From NCBI GenBank assembly GCA_964016885.1, contig OZ024741.1, positions 109,802,001 through 109,866,000 of the forward strand: a stretch of 64,000 nt of DNA, in the 5' to 3' direction. The position numbers and the translations under genes were made by a program. This stretch comes from Eledone cirrhosa. Its lineage: Eukaryota. This document shows, piece after piece, positions 41,448 to 54,357 of the stretch. The notes beneath the pieces were generated by a model, which saw nothing but the letters and a program-made list of their open reading frames with translations, was not told the origin of the DNA and did not search any database. Position 1 is the stretch's first letter. The number at the start of each line of letters is the position of its first letter.

Positions 41448-42130
41448 TTAATTGTAAGTTGTGATGTTGCTGTTCCACTCATATTTTCTATTTAATTTTG
41501 GTTGTAATTCTTTTATGTGTATTGCCTCTGTGATTTGTCTAAACATTGCGTCTTTTCTGTGTGTAGATTCTATTTTTATTTCTATGTTCTCTAATTTACC
41601 CTTATGTTCTATTTTAGCATGTTGGTAGAGTACAGATGATTCTTTACTATCTTGAAGGTCTCGCCAGTGTTCATTTATCCGTTCCCCTACACTACGAGCT
41701 GTCTCACCTATGTACACTATATTTTTGTCTCTACATTGTCCTTCAGTACATCTTATGCTATACACTACATTTCTAGTTTTACAGTTAATATGGGGGCTTA
41801 TTTTACAGGTTATACATTTCTATACAGGGGGGTCTTTGAAAGGGGTATGTCTTGCTAATAAGTCTTTTTACGGAGGTACCTGGTCTTTCTGCTATCTTAA
41901 TATTGAGTTTATGTTTATCTAAGGCCCTTCTAAATTTGTAAGCTAATTCACCTCTAGGGGTTGTATCGATGAACATTACACTCTGGTATTTATTGCTATC
42001 ATACCATGAGTTTATTCTATTAGCCTTGTTCCTAGTTCTTTCTATTCTATTCCAAAATTTGCTCCTATACAAAGGGCAGGTCCCATTTGTGTCATTATTT
42101 ACCATTTTTTCCCCATTTGGTTCTGGCTCC
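41448..42130 (-). pseudogene. PLE linker + Cys4 finger + GIY-YIG endonuclease, one frameshift near 41820
   Basis: PLYR..W..SVMFIDTTPRGEL..PPC / KCITC..NCKTRNVVYSIRC..YIGETARSVGERINEH..EAIHI..LN. Confidence 0.9.
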
Positions 42131-42789
42131 TCTATACACTCTGATTTTATCTCTCTGATTGTAACCAGAGAACTGCATACGGTGGATGAAGTGTTGTATG
42201 TGTCTCTCTAGTTCTTCGGGGTTGCACATGCGGGACACGTTTCTCATCACCCGTACCAAATCCGCAATCAGTATGTTGATTTTGGTATGGTCCGAAACAG
42301 CTGAGTTTCGGTGGATCAGATGTTTGGAAGTTATGGGTTTGGCATAATGGGAATGGAGGATTTGTTATTACCCACTCTACTACCCAAAGTATTGAGTACT
42401 TTGGTGCGTTATGGTCCACCTGGTTCCTTACCACATTTCCTTCGTTATATATATATTTAAAAATAGAATCTACACATAGAAAAGACGCAATGTTTAGACA
42501 AATTACAGAGGCAATAAACATAAAAGAATTACAACCAAAATTAAATAGAAAATATGAGTGGAACAGCAACATCACAACTTACAATTAAGGACAAAATGAA
42601 AACACACACGCACATAGAACAAACAACCAACCTGTAACATGTAAATAAACAAATAAATAAACGAATATAAACACACACAGACACCCGGATGTGGCGCATG
42701 CGCAGACTGAGCACACAACACACACACAGAAACAAAATGGCGTAGGACAGAAGAAAGGAGAGGCACAAAAACAAAGAAAAGTATCCCCA

Positions 42790-42832
42790 GTCACTGAAGA
42801 GGTCACATAATGTGTGACGAAAGAACTTTGAC
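42790..42832 (+). ncRNA. PLE mini-HHR (mirror copy 41205-41247 minus)
   Basis: GTCA-CTGAAGA-g-GTCACA..TGTGAC-GAAA-GAAC-TT-TGAC. Confidence 0.8.
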
Positions 42833-42987
42833 AATATATAAACAACCATCTGATTATGGAACCAACCAACCAACCGGAAATTTATAAATTCCTAAATTTA
42901 TAAATTTATTATAATAAATTGAAGTGAAAACAACTGGTGCGTGTGTTTCTTATTGGCAACATGACCCTTCCAAAGTATAACAATATA

Positions 42988-43028
<41 letters not shown>

Positions 43029-43072
43029 AAAGTAACGAAGATCGCTGGTATTAAGTCCACTTTCTTCGGCCA

Positions 43073-43119
<47 letters not shown>

Positions 43120-43332
43120 GTTTTGTGAAGAGGGGCCATAAAACAACAGTTAAACAGTGTATTCAATACATTAGTAGAAATGATGGCATATAATTTTATA
43201 TAGAAGTGACTTATAGAGGACTAGAACTGTTTCATTCGTATGAAATCATTAGGGCATTTCTAACAATTTCATACGAATGAAATAGTTATAGTCTTGTAGA
43301 AGTCATTGCTATATGAAATATATACATATATA

Positions 43333-43379
<47 letters not shown>

Positions 43380-43724
43380 ACATACACACACACACACACA
43401 CACACATACACACATACACACACACACACATATATATTTGTGTTATAAAATGTACAATAACTGGAGTTGCTTTTGCAACATTCCAATCAATAAATAATGG
43501 TGTAATTAGAATCAAGCACTCAACGTCATATGTGTCCTTCCAATTCCGATGTGGTGTTCCATGACGGAGTATACGAACAATAGGGAAACAAATGCGAAAG
43601 TTAGATTTCCATAATACCTTTTATTACCTACTTCACTGAAGCGTTATTACATAACGCTGCCTTCATCGAAATTATTAACACGACTTCCTCAGACAGCATC
43701 TTAGGTGATACATTTATTATGTAA

Positions 43725-44250
43725 CTAGCAGTAAAGCCCGGCGTTGCTCGGGGTCGCTCAGTAGCTGTGTTAAAGTTACAATGTTAAGTTTCTTTTTTGG
43801 CTTAAAAACTGTAGTGTCTACTGTGCAGACTTACATGTGGTGTTTTTGATTAATATTCCCTCAACCAACAATATGCCTTATGAAGTTAAGAAAACATAAC
43901 GATAACCCGAATGTTATAACAAAAGAGGATGTTGGGGATAAAAACTGCACTGGTTATTTATTAACAAAGATCGAAAATGTAAACACTGCAACGCAGAGAA
44001 AAACAACGTAAGACGCTCAATGTAAACAGAACAAAGGGAAATAACTGATAACTTACGCTCAAAAATCGATACATTATATTCGATTTCGTCACATAGGGTG
44101 GGTCAATTTGAAATTTTTTTTTCCGATGTCTTCGCTAGGGCTCAATGTACAAGTATAGCAATTTCGGTGCAATTCCGTGAGAGATTCTAAGAGGAGATGT
44201 GTGCCAAAAATCGATAGACAGACAGACAACCACAGTTTTATATATATAGA
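43725..44250 (-). mobile_element. Non-autonomous Helitron
   Basis: A|TC...CCGAGCAACGCCGGGC hairpin...CTAG|T. Confidence 0.85.
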
Positions 44251-44551
44251 TGTATTTTTAATGTAATACAGGCTTTGACAACAGGACGGACTTGTATTCG
44301 GTGTTACTGTTTTAAACGTCATCCCCCTTATGAAATATATATATTCCTGGTAAATGTATGAATGCCAAACGCAGAAAATAAATGTAACTACAGACGATTG
44401 CTATAAATAATAGCTTAGAAAATCGGGTAAAATACTCTTACCAACGGAAAACAGTGGCTAAAAGCCGCTAAGAAAAAGCTGTTACACTTATTTTCTGTTT
44501 GGATTTCTAAATTTTCTAAGAATTTCAAAACTACTCAACGCTCCAACAGCT

Positions 44552-44585
<34 letters not shown>

Positions 44586-45230
44586 ATGTAATATGTAATT
44601 TTTAAGGATTGACTACTAAATATAAATTCTATGTTAAGTTATATACTTTATACTCTTGATAATATATGACTTAATCTCCTCAATTGAACTATATAATGCC
44701 TTAGATGATGTGTTTTAATTACTATTGATTTTTTTTTCACTTTAAAGGCGTCGTTGTTTTATTTATTCTACACAACATAACTCCTTTGGACATTTTGAAT
44801 TTGTTTGTATTATGGCTGAATTGTATGGTCGAACTTATTGCCTTACACCTGTCTGTAATCCCATGCTATGATACACGTGCTTCTAAACTTTTTATTATGT
44901 TTTTTTTTAATGCTTAAATCCTTAAGCTTTATTTTGAAATGCGTGTTCCTTCTGTCTCCTATTACTAACCTTTTTAGCATTATTTTTGTCCACAACTATA
45001 TATGATATATGATTTTTACTGTACTTCATTTATCTGTAAGCATATGTATTTTATTTATTTATTTTTTTATTTTATTTTGTTGCATTTTATCTGCTCATAT
45101 TCTTCATGTTTTCCCCCTCAGTTACGTTATATAAGTATTAATGCTTGCACTTATCTAACTTCTCATAATATGCATCCTCCAAACGTTCTAGAAGAAAGGT
45201 TTTGCTCTTATATCTGTGTTTAACTTTTGT

Positions 45231-45283
45231 AATAATTCCGATGATTCCAGCCTTGTACTAGGATGAAACGATTGTTGGTTATT
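45231..45283 (+). ncRNA. Mini-HHR variant, core CCGATGA
   Basis: AATAATT-CCGATGA-TTCC..GGAT-GAAA-CGATTG-TT-GGTTATT. Confidence 0.6.
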
Positions 45284-45325
45284 AAATGTTTGAAAGTTTA
45301 AACGCTCTTTGGTTGTTATTTACAT

Positions 45326-45501
45326 TAACGCGAAGAAATACCTATGATTCCTAGCAGACAACTGACGATGGATATTACCCTCTTTCGCCCATAACTTTTA
45401 TTTTCATTATACTTAATTGCAACCACACAGCTCACCATTTTATTCATATAAGTTTCCTTGTTCCCTGTGACCCGTCTCTTTTCTCTCCCCTTGTTGCTAT
45501 C

Positions 45502-45533
<32 letters not shown>

Positions 45534-46008
45534 CTTCTCCCTCTTACTTTCGCTCACTCCCTCTGCTAGTCACCTTCTCTCGGCTAGCGTGCCACTATAA
45601 CTATCTCTTTCTCGCTTCCTCTTACTTTCACTCACTCCCTCTCTGCTAGTCACCCTCTCTCCGCTAGCTCACTTCCTCCCTCGTCCGCCACTGTAAGCAG
45701 TCTCTTCTCTCGCTCACACGGCTACAGTGAAGACGTGTCTTTTTTCTCTCGTAAAACTCGCCAGAACTTATGTTCGAAATGAGTTGTTGACTTGCTATTT
45801 TTCCTCTCTTAACGTTGCTTCACACTTCGTGTCTGTTTATATTTTTTTCTCTCTCTTCCCCCCTTTTTTTATCCCAATAAGTTATTTTAGTTATTGTTTG
45901 TCCTAGGCTGAGGTATCTTGTCTCTAACGCGAAGAAATACCTATGATTCCTAGCAGACAACTGGCGATGGATATTACCCTCTTTCGCCCGTAACGTTTAT
46001 TTTCATTA
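45326..46008 (+). mobile_element. 599-bp-unit permuted-HHR element (partial motif 45326-45369, full motif 45903-45968)
   Basis: CTAGGc-TGA-GGTAT-C-TTGTCT-ctaacgcgaa-GAA-ATACC-tatGAtt-CCTAG-c-AGACAA-CTGrCGA-T. Confidence 0.8.
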
Positions 46009-46024
46009 ACAATTATATATATAT

Positions 46025-46071
<47 letters not shown>

Positions 46072-46077
<6 letters not shown>

Positions 46078-49000
46078 ATAAATGCTCTGAAATAGCGATA
46101 TATATGTGAATATAGACATAGAATATTCGAAAATATTCTGTATGTTTATAATAAACATTTTGAAGACCTAATCGCTATAGAATAGAATACGTCACGTATT
46201 ACAATTAGATTCTCGATAAAAGCAAGGGAAGTAATCTACGCGTTTCATTCTTGTTAGAAATCTTCAGGACTACATATCCAGTGCTTTTATCGAGAATGAC
46301 ACAGCTAGAGACTTATAGAATACTTAGCTGTGTACAGGAACTGGTTTGAAAGAGCGGTTGCCGGTCCGGCAGAAATTAGAAATTGGAATAAATGCTCTGA
46401 AATAGCGATATATATGTGAATATAGACATAGAATATTCGAAAATATTCTGTATGTTTATAATAAACATTTTGAAGACCTAATCGCTATAGAATAGAATAC
46501 GTCACGTATTACAATTAGATTCTCGATAAAAGCAAGGGAAGTAATCTACGCGTTTCATTCTTGTTAGAAATCTTCAGGACTACATATCCAGTGCTTTTAT
46601 CGAGAATGACACAGCTAGAGACTTATAGAATACTTAGCTGTGTACAGGAACTGGTTTGAAAGAGCGGTTGCCGGTCCGGCAGAAATTAGAAATTGGAATA
46701 AATGCTCTGAAATAGCGATATATATGTGAATATAGACATAGAATATTCGAAAATATTCTGTATGTTTATAATAAACATTTTGAAGACCTAATCGCTATAG
46801 AATAGAATACGTCACGTATTACAATTAGATTCTCGATAAAAGCAAGGGAAGTAATCTACGCGTTTCATTCTTGTTAGAAATCTTCAGGACTACATATCCA
46901 GTGCTTTTATCGAGAATGACACAGCTAGAGACTTATAGAATACTTAGCTGTGTACAGGAACTGGTTTGAAAGAGCGGTTGCCGGTCCGGCAGAAATTAGA
47001 AATTGGAATAAATGCTCTGAAATAGCGATTAGGTCTTCAAAATGTTTATTATAAACATACAGAATATTTTCGAATATTCTATGTCTATATTCACATATAT
47101 ATCGCTATTTCAGAGCATTTATTCCAATTTCTAATTTCTGCCGGACCGGCAACCGCTCTTTCAAACCAGTTCCTGTACACAGCTAAGTATTCTATAAGTC
47201 TCTAGCTGTGTCATTCTCGATAAAAGCACTGGATATGTAGTCCTGAAGATTTCTAACAAGAATGAAACGCGTAGATTACTTCCCTTGCTTTTATCGAGAA
47301 TCTAATTGTAATACGTGACGTATTCTATTCTATAGCGATTAGGTCTTCAAAATGTTTATTATAAACATACAGAATATTTTCGAATATTCTATGTCTATAT
47401 TCACATATATATCGCTATTTCAGAGCATTTATTCCAATTTCTAATTTCTGCCGGACCGGCAACCGCTCTTTCAAACCAGTTCCTGTACACAGCTAAGTAT
47501 TCTATAAGTCTCTAGCTGTGTCATTCTCGATAAAAGCACTGGATATGTAGTCCTGAAGATTTCTAACAAGAATGAAACGCGTAGATTACTTCCCTTGCTT
47601 TTATCGAGAATCTAATTGTAATACGTGACGTATTCTATTCTATAGCGATTAGGTCTTCAAAATGTTTATTATAAACATACAGAATATTTTCGAATATTCT
47701 ATGTCTATATTCACATATATATCGCTATTTCAGAGCATTTATTCCAATTTCTAATTTCTGCCGGACCGGCAACCGCTCTTTCAAACCAGTTCCTGTACAC
47801 AGCTAAGTATTCTATAAGTCTCTAGCTGTGTCATTCTCGATAAAAGCACTGGATATGTAGTCCTGAAGATTTCTAACAAGAATGAAACGCGTAGATTACT
47901 TCCCTTGCTTTTATCGAGAATCTAATTGTAATACGTGACGTATTCTATTCTATAGCGATTAGGTCTTCAAAATGTTTATTATAAACATACAGAATATTTT
48001 CGAATATTCTATGTCTATATTCACATATATATCGCTATTTCAGAGCATTTATTCCAATTTCTAATTTCTGCCGGACCGGCAACCGCTCTTTCAAACCAGT
48101 TCCTGTACACAGCTAAGTATTCTATAAGTCTCTAGCTGTGTCATTCTCGATAAAAGCACTGGATATGTAGTCCTGAAGATTTCTAACAAGAATGAAACGC
48201 GTAGATTACTTCCCTTGCTTTTATCGAGAATCTAATTGTAATACGTGACGTATTCTATTCTATAGCGATTAGGTCTTCAAAATGTTTATTATAAACATAC
48301 AGAATATTTTCGAATATTCTATGTCTATATTCACATATATATCGCTATTTCAGAGCATTTATTCCAATTTCTAATTTCTGCCGGACCGGCAACCGCTCTT
48401 TCAAACCAGTTCCTGTACACAGCTAAGTATTCTATAAGTCTCTAGCTGTGTCATTCTCGATAAAAGCACTGGATATGTAGTCCTGAAGATTTCTAACAAG
48501 AATGAAACGCGTAGATTACTTCCCTTGCTTTTATCGAGAATCTAATTGTAATACGTGACGTATTCTATTCTATAGCGATTAGGTCTTCAAAATGTTTATT
48601 ATAAACATACAGAATATTTTCGAATATTCTATGTCTATATTCACATATATATCGCTATTTCAGAGCATTTATTCCAATTTCTAATTTCTGCCGGACCGGC
48701 AACCGCTCTTTCAAACCAGTTCCTGTACACAGCTAAGTATTCTATAAGTCTCTAGCTGTGTCATTCTCGATAAAAGCACTGGATATGTAGTCCTGAAGAT
48801 TTCTAACAAGAATGAAACGCGTAGATTACTTCCCTTGCTTTTATCGAGAATCTAATTGTAATACGTGACGTATTCTATTCTATAGCGATTAGGTCTTCAA
48901 AATGTTTATTATAAACATACAGAATATTTTCGAATATTCTATGTCTATATACACATATATATCGCTATTTCAGAGCATTTATTCCAATTTCTAATTTCTG

Positions 49001-49259
49001 CCGGACCGGCAACCGCTCTTTCAAACCAGTTCCTGTACACAGCTAAGTATTCTATAAGTCTCTAGCTGTGTCATTCTCGATAAAAGCACTGGATATGTAG
49101 TCCTGAAGATTTCTAACAAGAATGAAACGCGTAGATTACTTCCCTTGCTTTTATCGAGAATCTAATTGTAATACGTGACGTATTCTATTCTATAGCGATT
49201 AGGTCTTCAAAATGTTTATTATAAACATACAGAATATTTTCGAATATTCTATGTCTATA

Positions 49260-49263
<4 letters not shown>
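46072..49263. repeat. 310-bp retrozyme-like array: ~3.1 units minus then ~7.2 units plus, one HHR per unit
   Basis: Period 310 (46072, 46382, 46692, 47002); HHRs minus at 46231, 46541, 46851; plus at 47237 + 310n (n=0-6). Confidence 0.95.
47237..47279 (+). ncRNA. Minimal type I HHR with palindromic stem III; predicted cleavage after 47273 (GUA)
   Basis: GTAGTC-CTGAAGA-tTTCT.AGAAt-GAAA-CGCG-TA-GATTAC; distal 15-bp helix 47214-28/47286-300. Confidence 0.9.
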
Positions 49264-49302
<39 letters not shown>

Positions 49303-49306
<4 letters not shown>

Positions 49307-49478
49307 ATTAGATATCATTTGAGATATGGATTCCATGAACGATTTCTGGAATATTTACATCTCAAATGATATCTAATCTTTATATATATATATATATATA
49401 TATAAAGATTAGATATCATTTGAGATATGGATTCCATGAACGATTTCTGGAATATTTACATCTCAAATGATATCTAAT

Positions 49479-49483
<5 letters not shown>
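49303..49483. repeat. Two tandem ~80-bp hairpin units in (TA)n; related fragment at 50846-50905
   Basis: AAAGATTAGATATCATTTGAGAT...ATCTCAAATGATATCTAATCTTT twice. Confidence 0.85.
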
Positions 49484-49572
<89 letters not shown>

Positions 49573-49574
<2 letters not shown>

Positions 49575-50173
49575 AACATGAGAAGAAAGAAGAATACTGC
49601 GTGGTTGCACATGGGTTACATATGACAAAATTAGTCCTTCGTCAGTGATTTGCCGACCATCATTGATATTTCATCGCATTAAAAATCATATACCTCAGGT
49701 TGGTGCTAGCAATAACTAAAAAAAGCTATTGGGACCAGTAAATCGCGTAAAGCGAGGGGGACAAGTAAACAACATAGAAGGATAAAAGCAAACCAAAGAT
49801 AGGAAAATAAACAAGCAACATGGTTATCTGGTCAGCATAAACTGGGTGGATTTCATGAACGATCAAGATACAGACCGTCCGACGTGAGTGAGATGTGAGC
49901 AAGAAGAGACCCCACTACTAGCCAAACGGGAGGAAGTGAGAAGGGGAGACACAGAGAGTGAGTGAGTGGAAGTGCGAGGAAGAGGTCAGTCGAGAGAAAG
50001 TGTAACTGACAGAGGGGGCGAAAGAAGGTGAGAGCAACAGAGAGAACGGGGAAGCAGTAAGAGAGAAACAGACAAACGCAGCCGAGGTAAATATATATAA
50101 AAAACATGAGAAGAAAGAAGAATACTGCGTGGTTGCACATGGGTTACATATGATAAAATTAGTCCTTCGTCAG
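49573..50173 (-). mobile_element. 528-bp-unit permuted-HHR element; intact motif 49638-49703
   Basis: CCAACC-TGA-GGTAT-A-TGATTT-ttaatgcgat-GAA-ATATC-aatGAt-GGTCGG-c-AAATCA-CTGACGA-A; direct repeat 49573/50101. Confidence 0.8.
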
Positions 50174-50202
50174 AGCACCAATTCTAATATATATATATAT
50201 AT

Positions 50203-50828
50203 ATTAGAAATGTAAGCTATCGCCGTATTTTCACTAAAGAAATTAAAGAAATTATTTAGCCTGATAGTGGGGTTAAGAACCCTCGGAGAAATGGAAAAAA
50301 ATGAGTATTGACGTTCATGGGAATCGAACACACATCTGAGGTTATACAGACCACTGTGCTACCATTACACCAACACATCACCCGTCTTCTTCCATTCAAA
50401 TTAGAAGTTATAATCTTAGCAAGTGTAATGTCAAGTAAGAATATTTTCGAAACAGCGAACGAGTTTGAAATTAGAAATATAAGCTATCGCCGTATTTTCA
50501 CTAAAGAAATTAAAGAAATTATTTAGCCTGATAGTACACTTGCTATTTAGCCTGATAGTACATTTGACATTATACTTGCTAAGATTATAGCTTCTAATTT
50601 GAATGGAAGAAGACGGGTGAAGTGTTGGTATAATGGTAGCACAGTGGTCTGGATAACCGCAAATGTGGGTTCGACTCACATGTACGCCAATACTCATCTT
50701 TTTCCATTTCTCCGAGGGTTCTTAACCCCACTATCAGGCTAAATCATTTCTTTAATTTCTTTAGTGAAAATACAGTGATAGCTTATATTTCTAATTTCAA
50801 ACTCGCTCGCTGTTTCGAAAATATTCTT
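50203..50828. mobile_element. 267-bp unit, tandem then inverted, with an internal tRNA-like module; relative at ~21670-21835
   Basis: Period 50203/50470; TGGTATAATGGTAGC..GGTTCGACTC..TTTTT at ~50622-50703. Confidence 0.75.
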
Positions 50829-51144
50829 CCACACACATATATATATAAAGATTAGATATCATTTTAGATGTAAATATTCCAGAAATCGTTCATGGAATCC
50901 ATATACCTTTACATTTCTCATTCAAATTTTGAGGAATTAATCTTATGTTTCGCAACACTAAGCCATTTCGCACACGATGTCTCAGACCTTGTAGTCTCTG
51001 TGATATTTACATTTTAAACGGTATCAAATTTTGAATGCCATATTCAATACAGATGTTTGTTTCTTCTCATATATACACGAATGCGTCTCATCACATTCTT
51101 CGGAGACAACTAACCAAAGCATGGCACGTGGCCATTCGTTACAC

Positions 51145-51242
<98 letters not shown>

Positions 51243-51740
51243 ACACACACACACAAACACAGACACACACACACAGACACACACACACAGAACCACACAG
51301 AGACACAGACACAGACACACCAAAGATATATATATATATTCTTTTTTTTTTTGGTATATGTCAAAACTGATGCCAGAAAGAGGTTTCTAGCCCCCATAGA
51401 TACACACTCCCCCCCAAGACACAACAAATATCATCAGATCTTTAACTGTTACACGATCAAAATTGGATACTCCTGTACCAGGTACATGAAGTTACGCCTC
51501 CAGCATTAACAACAGAGCCTCAAATGCTCTTGTAAAAAAAAACTCTCGTCATCCCCACTGGATCAGCAATGCAACACAAACAACTACTTGGTATGACGAT
51601 GTGGAGGTATATATATATATATATATGTTTGTGTGTATGTATGTGTGTAAGAATATATAAATATATAATGTGTGTGTGTGTGTGCGTATGTGTGTATATA
51701 TGTATGCATGTATGTACAGTATATATAGGTATATATATAT

Positions 51741-52332
<592 letters not shown>

Positions 52333-52905
52333 TGTAGAGGGGGGGGGGAGAATGTGTCTATAGCGCTAAACCCGGAACGACCAGTAATCAAAGTAGTACT
52401 CGATGCATAATGAGATACAGAGTTAGTATATTTTGTAAGAAAATATTTATTCCTGAAGACGCTCGTCTGTGAAATCAAATGTAGAAACTGTAGGAGCTCA
52501 CGGTCGAATATCCTCCCCCGTCTCTTCTCTCTCTCTCTCCCTCTCCATGTGTATACATGTATATATATATATATACATACATATATATACATATATATAC
52601 ATATATATATAGATATATATATATATACACACACAGAGGAGTGGAAATGTAGTAGAATTAGTGCATCGAAGAAAAATATATTTTGGCATTTTTTCCGTAT
52701 CAGTTCGCCCCTGCCCAGCCACAGACTATCAGCCCCCACCATAATCCCCCCACCACCGCCACCACCTCAAACCCCACCCATTGTGCACTCTGTAGACTTT
52801 CGTTCTTAACTGGGGGTCGATATAAATCGACAAAAAACCATTTATGCCGGTGCCCCAGCATGGCTGCAAAATACAGTAAGTGGCACCAGTAAAAGAATAT
52901 ATAAG

Positions 52906-52951
<46 letters not shown>

Positions 52952-53218
52952 AGTGTGGTAGGAGGTTTGAAGTGTGTGAGAAGGACGGGGGAAGCAGGTG
53001 GGGCGAAAGTGAAGTGTTTATGGCGACGCGATATAGATATGTCTGTATGAAATTTGTGTGTATATATATATGCGTGTGTGTAATATATATGTATGTATAG
53101 CGAGAGATATAAAGTGTACACTCGTTGACATATCTTGGTGCCTCCTTTCTTGTTTACAACTGCTAACATTACACATATTTTATATACATAACTACCTTTC
53201 TCTCTCTCACTCTCTCTT

Positions 53219-53255
<37 letters not shown>

Positions 53256-53709
53256 GTGTGTGGGTTTTATATATATATATATATACATATATATATGTAT
53301 GTATATAAATAAATATATATATATATATATATATAACATATAATATATATATATATATATATATAACATATAATATGATATATATACATATGTATATATA
53401 TATTATATATATATATAACATATATATATATATATAATTATATATGATATATATATATAATATAATTGTTTCTACTTTTGACACAAGGCCAGCAATTACT
53501 GGTACTTTATATTATCGACCCCGTAAGGATGAAAGGCAAAGTTAACCTCGGCGGGATTTGAACTCAGATCGTAAAGGGACGTAACTACGCTGGAAAGCAT
53601 GTCTGACCCTCTACAGATACTGCCAATTCACCGCCCTCGTATGTAATAATATATATATATTTTATATATATATATTATATCAAATATATATATATACATA
53701 TATATCATG

Positions 53710-53857
<148 letters not shown>

Positions 53858-53921
53858 CATGATATATATGTATATATATATATTTGATATAATATATATA
53901 AAATATATATATATATATAAA

Positions 53922-54301
53922 TGTAAAAGGTAAACAGAAATAACAACACAATCGGTACAGTATATGGAAGGGATATATTAGGTTAACGCTTGATATACCA
54001 GGAAGAGGGTCTTAACGTTTCGGACGCGAGACCTTCATCAGAAGAAAGAATGATAGATTGAGGGGACGGGCGGGATGGAATTGGAAAAATGTCTTTAGAT
54101 AACAATAACAGGTCCATTCATGTTGACATCTCTTGCAAAACTGTTGGTGCTGGCGTTTTGTGTATGATTTATTTTTTAGAAAAGTGGATGATAGAGCGCC
54201 TCTACCTGAAAGGGGGGAAAAAAACGTTTTGTAAAAAGAGCTATGCTTGTGCGCGTGCGTAAGCATGTGTGTGTGTATGTGTGTGTGTGTGTGTGTGTGT
54301 T

Positions 54302-54357
<56 letters not shown>

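Larger units (their letters stand above)
41052..42985 (-). mobile_element. 5'-truncated Penelope-like element with inverted pLTRs (Naiad-like, tentative)
   Basis: Arms 41052-41577 and 42459-42985 are inverted; GIY-YIG ORF; HHR in each arm. Confidence 0.9.

Noticed and set aside
41448-42130. Selenocysteine recoding as in some Naiad PLEs
   Set aside because: The break is a frameshift, not an in-frame TGA; no SECIS recognised
46072-49263. CRISPR array or ordinary satellite
   Set aside because: No unique spacers and no cas genes; the whole unit repeats and contains an HHR
49638-49703. Box C/D snoRNA or SECIS reading of the CUGA/AUGAUG motif
   Set aside because: No terminal C box or guide, and no 11-12 bp SECIS helix; HHR core nucleotides plus stem covariation explain it better
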